From NCBI GenBank assembly GCA_964407125.1, contig CAYOUP010000001.1:1-37043 (forward strand): DNA of 37,043 bases, read 5' to 3'. Position numbers and translations under genes: made by a program. How positions within the stretch are numbered: the first letter of the stretch is position 1; every line of letters starts with the position of its first letter. The notes under the pieces were generated by a model. That model saw only the letters and a program-made list of their open reading frames with translations. It had not been told where the DNA came from and made no database searches. Of the stretch, positions 27,459-37,043 are shown piece after piece. Origin of the DNA: an uncultured Hyphomicrobiaceae bacterium. GTDB taxonomy: Bacteria > Pseudomonadota > Alphaproteobacteria > Rhizobiales > Rhodomicrobiaceae.

Positions 27459-28907
27459 ATGGATGAAAACGCCAGAAAACTCATTTTTCAGCAATGTTAT
27501 GTTGACGGCGCCTGGATTGGCGAAGGCAAGGACCCGGTGCTCAATCCCGCAACCGGGGCAGAGTTGGCGCGCGTCCCCGATGTCGGCGCGGAAGGGGCAC
27601 GTACGGCCATCGAAGCTGCCAACCGGGCGTTTCCCGGCTGGGCGGCCATGCTGGCCAAGGAACGCGGGGCAATCCTTCGGCGCTGGTTCGATCTCATCAA
27701 CGAGAATGCCGAAAGCCTCACCCAGATCATGACCGCCGAGCAGGGCAAGCCGCTTGCCGAAGCGCGGGGGGAAGTCGCCTATGGCGCATCTTTCGTCGAG
27801 TTTAATGCAGAACAGGCCAAGCGCATTCTGGGCGAGGTGATCCCATCTCACCGCAAGGACGGCAGGATCGTCGTGCTGAAACAGCCCATCGGTGTTGTCG
27901 GCGCAATCACACCATGGAATTTCCCGCTCGCAATGATCACGCGCAAGGTCTCCCCTGCCCTCGCCGCAGGCTGCACCATCGTCGTCAAACCTGCCGAGGA
28001 CACGCCGCTGACCGCGCTTGCGCTCGCCGAACTGGCCCATCGCGCCGGTTTCCCGAAAGGCGTGCTCAACATCATCACCGGCGATCCGCCCACCATCGGC
28101 AAGGAGCTGACCGAAAGCCCGCTCGTACGCATGATCGCCTTTACCGGCTCGACCGAGGTCGGCAAGATCCTGATGCGCCAGGCCGCGAGCACGGTCAAGA
28201 AGGTCGCGCTGGAACTTGGCGGCAATTCACCTTTCATTGTTTTCGACGACGCCGATCTCGACAAGGCCGTTGACGATGCGATCGCATCGAAATTCCGGAA
28301 TATGGGCCAGACCTGTGTCTGCGCGAACCGTATTCTCGTTCATGATGCGATCTATGACACATTCGCCGAAAAGCTGGCCGCGAAAGTCAGCGAGATGAAG
28401 GTCGGGCCGGGCGACGAGGATGGCGTCCTGCAGGGACCGCTGATCAATGAGGCGGGCCTGGAAAAGGTCGAGCAGCATGTTGCGGACGCCATCACTAAGG
28501 GCGGCACCGTCCTGACCGGCGGCAAGCGTCATGCGCTGGGCAAGACATTCTTCGAACCGACCGTCATCACCGGCGCGACAACCGAAATGCTCTTCGCGCA
28601 GGAGGAAACCTTCGGCCCCGTGGCGCCGCTCTACCGCTTCAGGACCGAGGAAGAAGCCATCGCCATCGCCAACAGCACGCCCTACGGTCTTGCCGCCTAT
28701 TTCCAGTCGCGCGATATCGGACGCATCTGGCGCGTTGCCGAACAGCTCGATTTCGGCGTGATCGGCATCAATGAAGGTGTTATGGCAACCGAACTCGCTC
28801 CGTTTGGTGGTATGAAACAATCCGGCCTCGGCCGTGAAGGGTCTCATCACGGCATCGAGGAATTTGTCGAGATGAAATATCTCTTCATGGGCGGAATTGC
28901 CGGTTGA
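27459..28907 (+). CDS. gabD: NAD(P)-dependent succinate-semialdehyde dehydrogenase
   Basis: Aldehyde dehydrogenase motifs are present: ITPWNFP, FTGST.VG, ELGGNSP, and the catalytic Cys in GQTCVCANR. The GabD-like N-terminus reads [19 protein letters not shown] lies upstream of ATG 27459. Confidence 0.88.
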   Translation: MDENARKLIFQQCYVDGAWIGEGKDPVLNPATGAELARVPDVGAEGARTAIEAANRAFPGWAAMLAKERGAILRRWFDLINENAESLTQIMTAEQGKPLAEARGEVAYGASFVEFNAEQAKRILGEVIPSHRKDGRIVVLKQPIGVVGAITPWNFPLAMITRKVSPALAAGCTIVVKPAEDTPLTALALAELAHRAGFPKGVLNIITGDPPTIGKELTESPLVRMIAFTGSTEVGKILMRQAASTVKKVALELGGNSPFIVFDDADLDKAVDDAIASKFRNMGQTCVCANRILVHDAIYDTFAEKLAAKVSEMKVGPGDEDGVLQGPLINEAGLEKVEQHVADAITKGGTVLTGGKRHALGKTFFEPTVITGATTEMLFAQEETFGPVAPLYRFRTEEEAIAIANSTPYGLAAYFQSRDIGRIWRVAEQLDFGVIGINEGVMATELAPFGGMKQSGLGREGSHHGIEEFVEMKYLFMGGIAG

Positions 28908-28927
28908 TGGAGGGCGAAATGCTGAAA

Positions 28928-29638
28928 ATGAGTGCCGACATCTGCAAGGCACTTGCCGCGGAGCGCGCGATCGAACTTGTCCAGCCTGGCATGAAACTCG
29001 GGCTCGGCACGGGTTCCACGGCGAGCAAATTTGTCGATCTGCTGGGCAAGAAAGTCCAGGAGGGGCTGGACGTCATCTGCGTGCCGACATCGGAAGACAC
29101 ACGGATGCAGGCGGAGCGGCTGGGCATCAAGCTCGCCTCGCTGGATGATCTCATCACACTCGACCTGACCGTCGATGGTGCGGATGAAATCGACGAGAAC
29201 CTCAACCTGATCAAGGGCGGCGGCGGCGCGCTGCTGCGCGAGAAGATTGTGGCGATGGCATCGGAGCGCATGGTCGTCGTTGCCGATCACTCCAAATTCG
29301 TCGCCACGCTCGGAGCGTTCCCGCTGCCGGTCGAGGTCGTGCGGTTCGGAGCCAAGGCCACGATCCAGATGATCAGCGAGGCCGCGCAGGATGCCGAATG
29401 CTTCGGCGAGATCGAACTGCGCCGTCTCAATGGCGAGTATTTCGTCACCGACAATGGCAACTACATCGCCGATTGCAGTTTCGAGGAAATCCCCGAGCCT
29501 GAAACGCTGAGCGACGTGCTGGAAATGCTGCCCGGCGTCGTCGAGCACGGGCTGTTCATCGGCATCGCGGATCAGGCGATCATTGCCGGTCCGGACGGTG
29601 TCGATATTCTCGAAATGGATGATGGCGACGAGGAATAG
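28928..29638 (+). CDS. rpiA: ribose-5-phosphate isomerase A
   Basis: [36 protein letters not shown] and PGVVEHGLF are present. [11 protein letters not shown] aligns in length with Brucella-type RpiA N-termini. Alternative starts are 28919 (GGAGGG 4 nt upstream) and 28907 (a TGATG overlap with the gabD stop). Confidence 0.9.
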   Translation: MSADICKALAAERAIELVQPGMKLGLGTGSTASKFVDLLGKKVQEGLDVICVPTSEDTRMQAERLGIKLASLDDLITLDLTVDGADEIDENLNLIKGGGGALLREKIVAMASERMVVVADHSKFVATLGAFPLPVEVVRFGAKATIQMISEAAQDAECFGEIELRRLNGEYFVTDNGNYIADCSFEEIPEPETLSDVLEMLPGVVEHGLFIGIADQAIIAGPDGVDILEMDDGDEE

Positions 29639-29741
29639 CCGCCAGCATCGCAGCTCACGGTGAATCAACCGGAATTGACTGCCAACAAGCTGTGGTCATG
29701 CCTATGCTTTTTGCAGAATGGCCGCGGCAAGGAGACTACGC

Positions 29742-31109
29742 ATGGCATATGATTACGACCTGTTCGTCATCGGCGGCGGTTCCGGCGGGGTTCGGGCGGC
29801 GCGCATGGCGGCAATGTCAGGCGCACGTGTCGCGCTTGCCGAGGAATACAGGTTCGGCGGCACATGTGTCATTCGCGGCTGCGTGCCAAAGAAACTTCTG
29901 GTTTACGGCAGCGGCTTTCCGCATGAATTCGAGGATGCGAAAGCTTATGGCTGGAGCGTGGACGGCGTGTCCTTCGACTGGCCGACTTTGCGCGACAATG
30001 TCCAGAATGAAGTCAGCCGGCTGAGTGGCATCTACATCAATCTGCTCGACGGTGCCGGCGTCGAGCATGTGCATAGCCGCGCCGTGCTCGAAGACGCCAA
30101 TACGGTGCGTATCGTCTCCGAAAAGCGCACCGTCAGCGCGCGTACTATCCTCATCGCGACGGGCAGCTGGCCGTACACGCCGCGCATTGCCGGGCATGAG
30201 CACGTCATAACCTCCAACGAGATTTTCACGCTCGAAACGCTGCCGGAAAGCATCGCGATTGTCGGCGGCGGCTATATCGCCGTTGAATTTGCCTTCATTC
30301 TTGCCGGTCTCGGCGTGGACGTGACCGTGATTTACCGGGGCAACAAGCTGCTGCGTGGCTTCGATGAAGATCTGCGCGATCATCTTGGATTGGCGGCGGA
30401 GAATGCAGGCATCAGGACGATCTTCGAGCGCACCATCGCACGGATCGAAGAAGCGCATGGGCGAAAAACGCTGACTTTCGGTGAAGGCGGCGAGATGCAG
30501 GTCGAGCAGGTGATGTATGCGACAGGCCGCATGCCGCTGACGGCCGATATGGGCCTTGAAAAAGCGGGCGTCGAACTTGGCCAGGTCGGCGAAATCGTTG
30601 TGGACGAATATTCGCGGTCTTCGGTCCCCTCCATTTATGCCGTCGGGGACGTCACGAACCGCGTGAACCTGACGCCGGTCGCGATCGACGAGGCAATGTG
30701 TTTCGTCGATACGGTGTTCAAGGACAATCCGCGTCCCGTCGATCACAGCTTTATTCCGACTGCCGTGTTCTCCCAGCCTGAAATCGGCACGGTCGGCATG
30801 ACCGAGGCGCAGGCGCGCGAGCGATATGGCGAGATCGACATCTACAAATCGACTTTCCGCCCGATGAAGCACACGCTTTCGATGCGCAACGAGAAAATGC
30901 TGATGAAGCTCGTCGTCGATGCGGAGAGCGGTCGCGTGCTCGGCTGTCACCTCATGGGGCCGGACGCGGCGGAGATGGCGCAGTTGCTGGCAATCCCCAT
31001 GCGGATGGGCGCGACCAAGGCGGATTTCGACGCGACCATGGCCCTGCATCCGACCGCAGCGGAGGAACTCGTCACCATGCGCCAGAAATGGATCCCGCCG
31101 CAGGATTAG
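29742..31109 (+). CDS. gor: glutathione-disulfide reductase
   Basis: YDYDLFVIGGGSGGVRAAR is followed by the redox-active GGTCVIRGCVPKK. A second dinucleotide fold reads IVGGGYIAVEFA, and the C-terminal dimerisation HPT motif reads ALHPTAAEE. AAGGAG lies upstream of ATG 29742. Confidence 0.93.
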   Translation: MAYDYDLFVIGGGSGGVRAARMAAMSGARVALAEEYRFGGTCVIRGCVPKKLLVYGSGFPHEFEDAKAYGWSVDGVSFDWPTLRDNVQNEVSRLSGIYINLLDGAGVEHVHSRAVLEDANTVRIVSEKRTVSARTILIATGSWPYTPRIAGHEHVITSNEIFTLETLPESIAIVGGGYIAVEFAFILAGLGVDVTVIYRGNKLLRGFDEDLRDHLGLAAENAGIRTIFERTIARIEEAHGRKTLTFGEGGEMQVEQVMYATGRMPLTADMGLEKAGVELGQVGEIVVDEYSRSSVPSIYAVGDVTNRVNLTPVAIDEAMCFVDTVFKDNPRPVDHSFIPTAVFSQPEIGTVGMTEAQARERYGEIDIYKSTFRPMKHTLSMRNEKMLMKLVVDAESGRVLGCHLMGPDAAEMAQLLAIPMRMGATKADFDATMALHPTAAEELVTMRQKWIPPQD

Positions 31110-31320
31110 GCCGCAGTGTTTTCCAGATATCCCCTGCCCTCGCTTTTCGGGTGCCGCATGAGCGCCGGGATAAGCCGTGGCAATTCAGGGACGACTCGGT
31201 CAAATTATCCCCATATACACCATTTGGTTGTGTAAAATATCAATATTTCTCTTTATAGTTGCATTCTAAGGATATGCTGCAATCGCGGCGGAAGCTTTTT
31301 GAAACGCAACTTGTAGAGAG

Positions 31321-32307
31321 ATGAGACGACGCAATCAAAACCAGGTTTCGCCCAAGCGCCAGAAGGCGGCCTCGTTGAATCTGCTCGACCTTTCACAGCA
31401 GAAAGGCAAGCGGAACGGCGGCCTTTACTGGACCATGCTCGTCTCGATGATTGCCGCCTATGGCACCTATATGGCGTCGATTGCGAATATGGAGCGGTCT
31501 CAGGGCGACTCGCCGGACCAAAGCCAGAGCGCCAGCGCGTCATTGGCGCTTGAAAGCGATACGGAAGCGCTGGAGAAGGCCGACCGCGAGCCGATCGAGA
31601 TCAGCATTCCCAACCTGCCGAATACAGTTACCGAAGACGCAGCCGCGCCGCTTCCCAAGCTGATCGACAGGCTGCCCGAGCAGGAAAGCGACAGCGCCGC
31701 ACCGCCGGAACGCCCGAAGAACGCCGTTGAACCGGAACCGCCTGCCCGGGCGGAGCTGCCTATCATCGTTCACGCGATGACCGCCTCCAACAAGGTATCG
31801 CCTGCCGCACGGGCAATCCTGCGGCGCATCAACGAAGCCGCTGATCATGACAAGCCCCCGTTCGGCCCGAGCGAAGCTGAAGACACAGGACCGGCGCAAC
31901 TCGCTGTAAACACCGCTCCATCCCCGCCATTGCCGGAGCGGCGGCCCTATATCACAACAGAGATCGCCAGCCAGCAGCTCAGCAGCCAAAGCGGTACGAG
32001 GCTGACGCGTCCGGAACGCCAGACCAAACCTGTACCGACAAACATACTCGCTTACCGCGAAAGTGTACGCGCTCATCTCGCCGCGCACAGGCCAAGCGGC
32101 GGCTTCGGTTCCGGCCGCGTCGCCGTCGCATTCAGATTATCCGATGACGGAAAGGTCAGCTCCGCGCAAGTCATTCAGGCGCCGGAAGCGGAGGATCTCG
32201 ACGAGCGCGCCCTGAACGCTCTTTACCAGGCGGTGCCGTTCCCCTCCGCGCCGGACAATACAGCCGAGAAATACAGGGCATTCGCCGTATCGTTTATTTT
32301 TGAATAA
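31321..32307 (+). CDS. TonB C-terminal-domain protein (TM anchor, Pro/Glu-rich spacer, TonB_C-like domain)
   Basis: TM helix LYWTMLVSMIAAYGTYMASI, a Pro-rich spacer, and a C-terminus (YRESVRAHL....GSGRVAVAFRLSDDGKVSSAQVIQ....LDERALNALYQAVPFPSAP) that fits the TonB_C pattern. Confidence 0.6.
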   Translation: MRRRNQNQVSPKRQKAASLNLLDLSQQKGKRNGGLYWTMLVSMIAAYGTYMASIANMERSQGDSPDQSQSASASLALESDTEALEKADREPIEISIPNLPNTVTEDAAAPLPKLIDRLPEQESDSAAPPERPKNAVEPEPPARAELPIIVHAMTASNKVSPAARAILRRINEAADHDKPPFGPSEAEDTGPAQLAVNTAPSPPLPERRPYITTEIASQQLSSQSGTRLTRPERQTKPVPTNILAYRESVRAHLAAHRPSGGFGSGRVAVAFRLSDDGKVSSAQVIQAPEAEDLDERALNALYQAVPFPSAPDNTAEKYRAFAVSFIFE

Positions 32308-33556
32308 ATTCCGCGTCAGACTGTGCGCTTGGCGATCTCGCCGCCGGATTACTGCGGGGATCAAACTTGCCTGCGATCTTTTCGGCGATCATGCTCCCGA
32401 TCGGCAGCGCGGATGTTGCCGCAGGAGACGGCGCATTGCAGACATGCAGCATGCGGTCCGTTTCCAGAAACAGAAAATCATGCATGAGCGAACCGTCCCG
32501 CATCACAGCCTGCGCACGTATTCCGGCTTCCTGCGGCTGCATATCGCCAAGCTCAAGGCTCGGACAATATTTGCGGCACTCATCAAGATAGCGCTTTTTC
32601 GAGAGCGAGTTCAGCATCTCGTTCAGCCCTGATTTCATGTGAGCGCCGACCAGCTTCCAGAAACCGCCAAAGGCCAGGAACTCCGCTGAGTCCCGCCATG
32701 AGCAGGCGTATTTCTGATAGCCCTCGCGCGACCAGCCGAGCACCGCATTCGGCCCGAGCGTCACCCCGCCGTCGATCATGCGTGTCAGGTGGATGCCGAG
32801 AAACGGCAAAGCCGGATCGGGCACCGGATATATCAGTGAACCGATGATACCGTTGCGGGCGGCGGGCAGGCGGTAATATTCGCCGCGAAACGGTATGATC
32901 TGAAAATCCGTCCTGAGGCCGGCCAGCCTTGCGAGGCGGTCGGACTGAAGCCCCGCGCAAACGACGAGACAGGAGGCGAGCCACTGCCGGTCTCCGCTGG
33001 CCGAGACCGTGACGGCGGAACCCTTCTCCTCAATCCCCGTCACTTCAGCATGATAGACGATATGAACGCCGCGCTTTTTCAACTCATGCGCCATGGCGTT
33101 ACAGACCTGCTTATAGTCCACGATGCCCGTGCCCGGCACGAAAATCGCCCCAAGCCCGGTTATGTGCGGCTCGCGGCGGCGCAGCTCTTCAGCGTCTATC
33201 CATTCCGCCTCGACGCCATTTTGTTCTGCGCGTTCAAGCAACGCTTCCATCCGGCCCAGATCGGCCGGGCTTGTTGCGACAATCATCTTGCCGCACTTTA
33301 CCGTGGCGATGTTTTTCGACTGGCAGAATGCCTCGGTTTCGATTGCGCCCTGATGGCATAGCCGCGCCTTCAGGCTCCCCGGCGCATAATAGATACCGGA
33401 ATGGATGACGCCGCTATTATGCCCTGTCTGGTGAAGACCGGGCCAGCCCTCCTTTTCGAGAACCACCATGTTTGCATTCGGATGGGCTTCGCTGAACTTC
33501 AGCGCGGTGGCGAGTCCGACAATACCCCCGCCGATTATGCAAAGATCATGGCTCAT
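32294..33556 (-). CDS. lhgO: L-2-hydroxyglutarate oxidase
   Basis: MSHDLCIIGGGIVGLATAL......VLEKE.....HQTGHNSGVIHSGIYYAPGSLKA..C.....KCGKMIVATS parallels E. coli LhgO. The start is ATG 33556 or GTG 33565. The 3' end overlaps the convergent TonB-like gene by 14 nt. Confidence 0.85.
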   Translation of the reverse strand: MSHDLCIIGGGIVGLATALKFSEAHPNANMVVLEKEGWPGLHQTGHNSGVIHSGIYYAPGSLKARLCHQGAIETEAFCQSKNIATVKCGKMIVATSPADLGRMEALLERAEQNGVEAEWIDAEELRRREPHITGLGAIFVPGTGIVDYKQVCNAMAHELKKRGVHIVYHAEVTGIEEKGSAVTVSASGDRQWLASCLVVCAGLQSDRLARLAGLRTDFQIIPFRGEYYRLPAARNGIIGSLIYPVPDPALPFLGIHLTRMIDGGVTLGPNAVLGWSREGYQKYACSWRDSAEFLAFGGFWKLVGAHMKSGLNEMLNSLSKKRYLDECRKYCPSLELGDMQPQEAGIRAQAVMRDGSLMHDFLFLETDRMLHVCNAPSPAATSALPIGSMIAEKIAGKFDPRSNPAARSPSAQSDAEFIQK

Positions 33557-33600
33557 AGCGGTCACGTCGAGGCAGCAGTGAGGCGCCGAGGCGCGAAGGA

Positions 33601-34008
33601 TCAGACTTCGTCATCCTCATCGCGCGAGCCGCCGACAATTCCCGTCACATCGTCACCGGAATCATCGTCCTCGACTTCGATGAAGGTTTCCTCATCGTCG
33701 CCAAGATCGGTATCGTCATCCTCGATTTCCACGAGATCGTCGCCTTCGAGATCGGGGATGTCGGCGTCGTCATCGCTTTCAGCCTCTTCAAGCGGGACTA
33801 TTTCGACATTGCTGGGCACAGCAACCAGGAGATCGTCATCATCGTCCTCCGTGGCGTTACCTGACAATATTGCCCGGGCGCCGGAATTATCATGCTGGAA
33901 AAGCGTGTCGCACATCGGACAGACGATTTCGTCGCGATTCAAATCGTAGAATTTGGCTCCGCAGTTCTGACATACACGCTTCGAACCTCGGGCAGCTTTC
34001 ATTGACAT
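33601..34008 (-). CDS. TIGR02300 (FYDLN_acid) family zinc-ribbon protein with an acidic tail
   Basis: The N-terminus, KRVCQNCGAKFYDLNRDEIVCPMCDT, carries CxxC...CxxC and the eponymous FYDLN. It is followed by a long Asp/Glu-rich C-terminus. Confidence 0.88.
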   Translation of the reverse strand: MSMKAARGSKRVCQNCGAKFYDLNRDEIVCPMCDTLFQHDNSGARAILSGNATEDDDDDLLVAVPSNVEIVPLEEAESDDDADIPDLEGDDLVEIEDDDTDLGDDEETFIEVEDDDSGDDVTGIVGGSRDEDDEV

Positions 34009-34213
34009 GGAAGGGCCTCGTCACCTGTTCTTCTTGCTGATTTCAGGAAATTGGGCATCTGCATAGGCATGGATCGCGCGCCATGTCAAAGCCAAATACA
34101 CGATTTTCTTGAGCTGCGATTGAGAATTGACAGCGAAGCGTCGGCTGGGCTCTAAAGCAGGGAAGCGTTTCCTTAAGCATTCCGGTATCCGGCAAGCCTA
34201 TCAAGGCCATACA

Positions 34214-35533
34214 ATGAAGCAATTCGCGGCAGTTCAAAGCGGCCCACTCTCCGGCAGAGCGACCGTCCCCGGCGACAAGTCGATTTCTCACAGAGCGCTC
34301 ATATTCGGCGCGCTTTCGATCGGCGAAACAAGGATTACAGGACTACTCGAAGCAGCCGATGTGCTGGCGACCGCACGGATCGTGAAGCAACTCGGCGCCG
34401 GAGTTTCCCGAAACGATGGTGAATGGACCGTTACCGGGCGCGGCATCGGGGGCCTTCGCTCACCGGACGAACCGCTGGATTTCGGCAATTCCGGCACCAG
34501 CGCCCGCCTGATGGCCGGGGTCGTGACGGGCCATGACATCGAAGCCGTGTTCCAGGGTGATGCATCCTTGTCACGCCGCCCGATGGGGCGCGTTCTGACC
34601 CCACTCAAGAAAATGGGGTTGAGCATTCCCGACACACATCGCGATACGCTGCCCCTGACGCTGCGCGGCGCGGCGCAGGCCATACCGATCGTCTACCGGT
34701 TGCCCGTGCCCTCCGCTCAGGTAAAATCGGCAATATTGCTCGCCGGGCTCAGCGCGCCGGGCGACACGACCGTCATAGAGCCCGAGATCACCCGCGACCA
34801 CACCGAGAAGATGCTGCAATATTTCGGCGCGCAGCTTGAGATCGCCGATGGCGAGGACGGGCGCAGTATCACTTTGAAGGGCCAGCCCGTGCTTCAGGGC
34901 AAGCCGATATCCGTACCCGGCGACCCGTCCTCCTCGGCGTTTCTGGCGGCGGCGGCCCTGATCTGTCCCGGCTCGGACATCGTTATCGAGAATGTCCTCG
35001 TCAATCCGACACGGACCGGCTTCTACGAAACGCTGGGTGAGATGGGCGCAAACATCACATTCGAGAACAGCCGCGAGCAGGGCGGCGAACCCGTCAGTGA
35101 CATCCGCGTTCAATCCAGCACGCTCAAAGGCGTGACGGTCCCGCCGGAGCGCGCACCGTCCATGATCGACGAATATCCTGTACTGGCGATGCTTGCGGCC
35201 TATGCCGAGGGGCAGACGGTGATGCAGGGACTTGCCGAACTTCGCGTCAAGGAAAGCGACCGGTTAGCCGCGACGGAAGACGGTTTGATGGCCTGCGGTG
35301 TTGACGCCCATTCCGAGGATGACACACTGATCGTGCGCGGAACGGGCGGCAGCGTGCCGGGCGGCGCGACGGTCGCCACCCATTTGGACCACCGGATCGC
35401 CATGGCGTTTCTCGTGCTCGGCCTGCAAACGCAAAAGCCGGTTGTTGTGGACGATATTTCAATGATCGAGACGAGCTTTCCCAGTTTCTTTACCGTACTG
35501 GAAAGTCTTGGCGCGCGCTTCGAAGCGGCCTAG
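34214..35533 (+). CDS. aroA: 3-phosphoshikimate 1-carboxyvinyltransferase (class II-type EPSP synthase)
   Basis: VPGDKSISHRALIFGALSIGETRITGLLEAADVLAT, FGNSGTSARL, LRVKESDR and HLDHRIAMAF are present, resembling the class II Agrobacterium CP4 type. The likely start is MKQF at 34214; the track ORF starts at 34127. Confidence 0.93.
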   Translation: MKQFAAVQSGPLSGRATVPGDKSISHRALIFGALSIGETRITGLLEAADVLATARIVKQLGAGVSRNDGEWTVTGRGIGGLRSPDEPLDFGNSGTSARLMAGVVTGHDIEAVFQGDASLSRRPMGRVLTPLKKMGLSIPDTHRDTLPLTLRGAAQAIPIVYRLPVPSAQVKSAILLAGLSAPGDTTVIEPEITRDHTEKMLQYFGAQLEIADGEDGRSITLKGQPVLQGKPISVPGDPSSSAFLAAAALICPGSDIVIENVLVNPTRTGFYETLGEMGANITFENSREQGGEPVSDIRVQSSTLKGVTVPPERAPSMIDEYPVLAMLAAYAEGQTVMQGLAELRVKESDRLAATEDGLMACGVDAHSEDDTLIVRGTGGSVPGGATVATHLDHRIAMAFLVLGLQTQKPVVVDDISMIETSFPSFFTVLESLGARFEAA

Positions 35534-35669
35534 CGTATAGGCGTAGATGGGTTGAGCGTAGTGAAACCCATCGGTCCATCGCAAGGTTGGGTGAGGAAGA
35601 AATGCGCCAAGCACCACAACTTGGCCTTTCGTGGGAAAAACGAGGAAAGCCTGCCGTAGAGGAGACGGA

Positions 35670-36305
35670 ATGATTATCGCGATTGATGGGCCGGCGGCAT
35701 CGGGAAAAGGCACGCTGGCCAAGCGCATCGCAACTCATTACGGTTTCGACCATCTTGATACCGGCCTGCTCTACCGGGCCGTGGCGCGCAACATGCTTCG
35801 CGCCAATGAGAATCTGTACGATGCCGAAATCGCCACCCGCTACGCAAACGAACTCGATCCGTCCACATTGGATGATGAAACCGAATTGCGCGGCGGCGGA
35901 ATAGGTGAGGCCGCGTCGGTCATCGCGCAGATTCCGCAAGTGCGCGAGGCTTTGTTCATGTTTCAGCGCCGCTTCGCCGCAGAGCGTGACGACGCGGTCG
36001 TTGAAGGCCGGGATATCGGCACGGTGATTTTCCCCAAGGCCGAGGTGAAGCTTTACATAACGGCGCATCGCAGCGAACGGGCGAAGCGCCGTTTCAGGGA
36101 ACTTGCCGAGCGCGGCGAGCAAACAACCGAGGAAGATGTCTACGCCGATCTTGAAAAACGCGACCTGCGAGACCAGACTCGTGCCTCCGCACCATTGCGG
36201 ATTGCAGAAGACGCGCTCTTGCTCGATACAACCGAATTAGATATAGATGCGTCATATTTTGCGGCCGTAAGATTGATTGACACCGCTATGGGGCGTTCCG
36301 ACTGA
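35670..36305 (+). CDS. cmk: (d)CMP kinase
   Basis: MIIAIDGPAASGKGTLAKRIA..YGFDHLDTGLLYRAVA is present, with GAGGAG upstream of ATG 35670. The aroA-cmk-rpsA order is conserved. Confidence 0.93.
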   Translation: MIIAIDGPAASGKGTLAKRIATHYGFDHLDTGLLYRAVARNMLRANENLYDAEIATRYANELDPSTLDDETELRGGGIGEAASVIAQIPQVREALFMFQRRFAAERDDAVVEGRDIGTVIFPKAEVKLYITAHRSERAKRRFRELAERGEQTTEEDVYADLEKRDLRDQTRASAPLRIAEDALLLDTTELDIDASYFAAVRLIDTAMGRSD

Positions 36306-36477
36306 ACTCGGACGCCTGGGCGGTTTAGCCTATACGCTATCCCCGTCAGGGTCGATTTCCGTCTTTCGGACAAACGAGCTTACAGATATTCGGACAAGCG
36401 CTCTCCCTCGCCGGTCGGAGAGGCTTTGCCGCGTATTCTGTTGGAAACACAGCAACAAACCACCGGCAGGAAATTTA

Positions 36478-37017
36478 ATGAGTCAAACGCAGATCAACGA
36501 ACAGGGAGCGAACCAATATAATCCGTCCCAGGAAGATTTCGCAGCACTGTTGGAAGAATCGTTCCTGGAAACGGATATTGGAGAGGGCTCCGTCGTTAAA
36601 GGCACAATCGTTGCCATCGAAAATGATCTCGCCGTTATAGATGTCGGCCTGAAAACCGAGGGCCGTGTTCCGCTCAAGGAATTTGGCGCCACCGGACGCA
36701 ATGCGACTCTGTCGGTTGGCGATCAAGTCGAAGTTTATCTTGAGCGCGTCGAGAATGCGCTCGGTGAAGCCGTTCTCAGCCGCGACAAGGCCAGGCGCGA
36801 GGAAAGCTGGAACCGGCTTGAAGAAAAATTCAACGCCGGCGAAAAGGTCGAAGGCATCATCTTCAACAAGGTCAAGGGCGGCTTTACCGTCGATCTTGAC
36901 GGCGCGGTTGCGTTTCTTCCCGGCAGCCAGGTCGATATCCGCCCGGTCCGCGACATCGGCCCGCTGATGAACATGCCGCAGCCTTTCCAGATCCTGAAAA
37001 TGGATCGCCGCCAATGA
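36478..37017 (+). CDS. rpsA: 30S ribosomal protein S1, N-terminal 179 codons only; the frame ends prematurely where homology breaks
   Basis: FAALLEESF......GSVVKG.IVAIENDLAVIDVGLKTEGRVPLKEF....VGD.VEVYLERVEN.LGEAVLSRDKARREE.W..LE......VEG.IFN.VKGGFTVDLDGAVAFLPGSQVDIRPVRD...LM..PQPFQILKMDRR is typical S1 domains 1-2. Orthologues continue RGNIVVSRR for about 390 more residues. Here the sequence reads Q-stop at 37012-37017. Confidence 0.85.
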   Translation: MSQTQINEQGANQYNPSQEDFAALLEESFLETDIGEGSVVKGTIVAIENDLAVIDVGLKTEGRVPLKEFGATGRNATLSVGDQVEVYLERVENALGEAVLSRDKARREESWNRLEEKFNAGEKVEGIIFNKVKGGFTVDLDGAVAFLPGSQVDIRPVRDIGPLMNMPQPFQILKMDRRQ

Positions 37018-37043
37018 GAGAAGATAGGCATGATCAAGAGTCG

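Noticed and set aside
27219-29668. Long minus-strand ORFs (27219-28040, 28227-28952, 28847-29668) opposite gabD and rpiA
   Set aside because: All run antisense to confidently identified genes and have no motifs. They are shadow ORFs.
29817-31049. 410-aa minus-strand ORF opposite gor
   Set aside because: Shadow ORF. gor on the plus strand has every diagnostic motif, while the antisense product is Arg/His/Asp-rich nonsense.

Overview
The window looks like a core chromosomal segment of a Rhizobiales-type alphaproteobacterium, judged from protein signatures, the syntenies alaS-recA and aroA-cmk-rpsA, and moderately high GC. I support about 33 protein-coding genes. In order they are: alaS (5' fragment at the left edge), recA, a PAS-rich hybrid histidine kinase, a same-strand trio of envelope proteins (FliO-like, DUF3772/MscS-type channel, giant DUF2339-like protein), a double cold-shock-domain gene followed by DUF192, gloA, yceI, a DEAD-box helicase, a C-B-A-ordered metal (zinc-type) ABC importer, an MddA/ICMT-like membrane methyltransferase, aidB, a small sugar-nucleotide locus (rfbF, TcaB9-type C-methyltransferase, orphan secreted protein, SDR), gph, gabD, rpiA, gor, a TonB-C-domain protein, lhgO, a TIGR02300 zinc-ribbon protein, aroA, cmk and the start of rpsA. 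I found no rRNA, tRNA, CRISPR array, transposase, integrase or recognisable defence or toxin-antitoxin module. The many long antisense ORFs in the track are shadow ORFs typical of GC-rich coding DNA. No finding rises above moderate interest. The best candidates are: (1) the rfbF/C-methyltransferase/secreted-protein/SDR locus, which lacks a dehydratase; (2) an abrupt loss of rpsA homology about 33 nt before the right edge; (3) a perfect 15-bp palindrome and a related half-palindrome upstream of the metal ABC operon; (4) structured leaders or terminators near the cold-shock gene, the helicase and the ABC operon; (5) the three-gene envelope cluster of unknown function. All family assignments come from reading the translations by eye. 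No database search was run.
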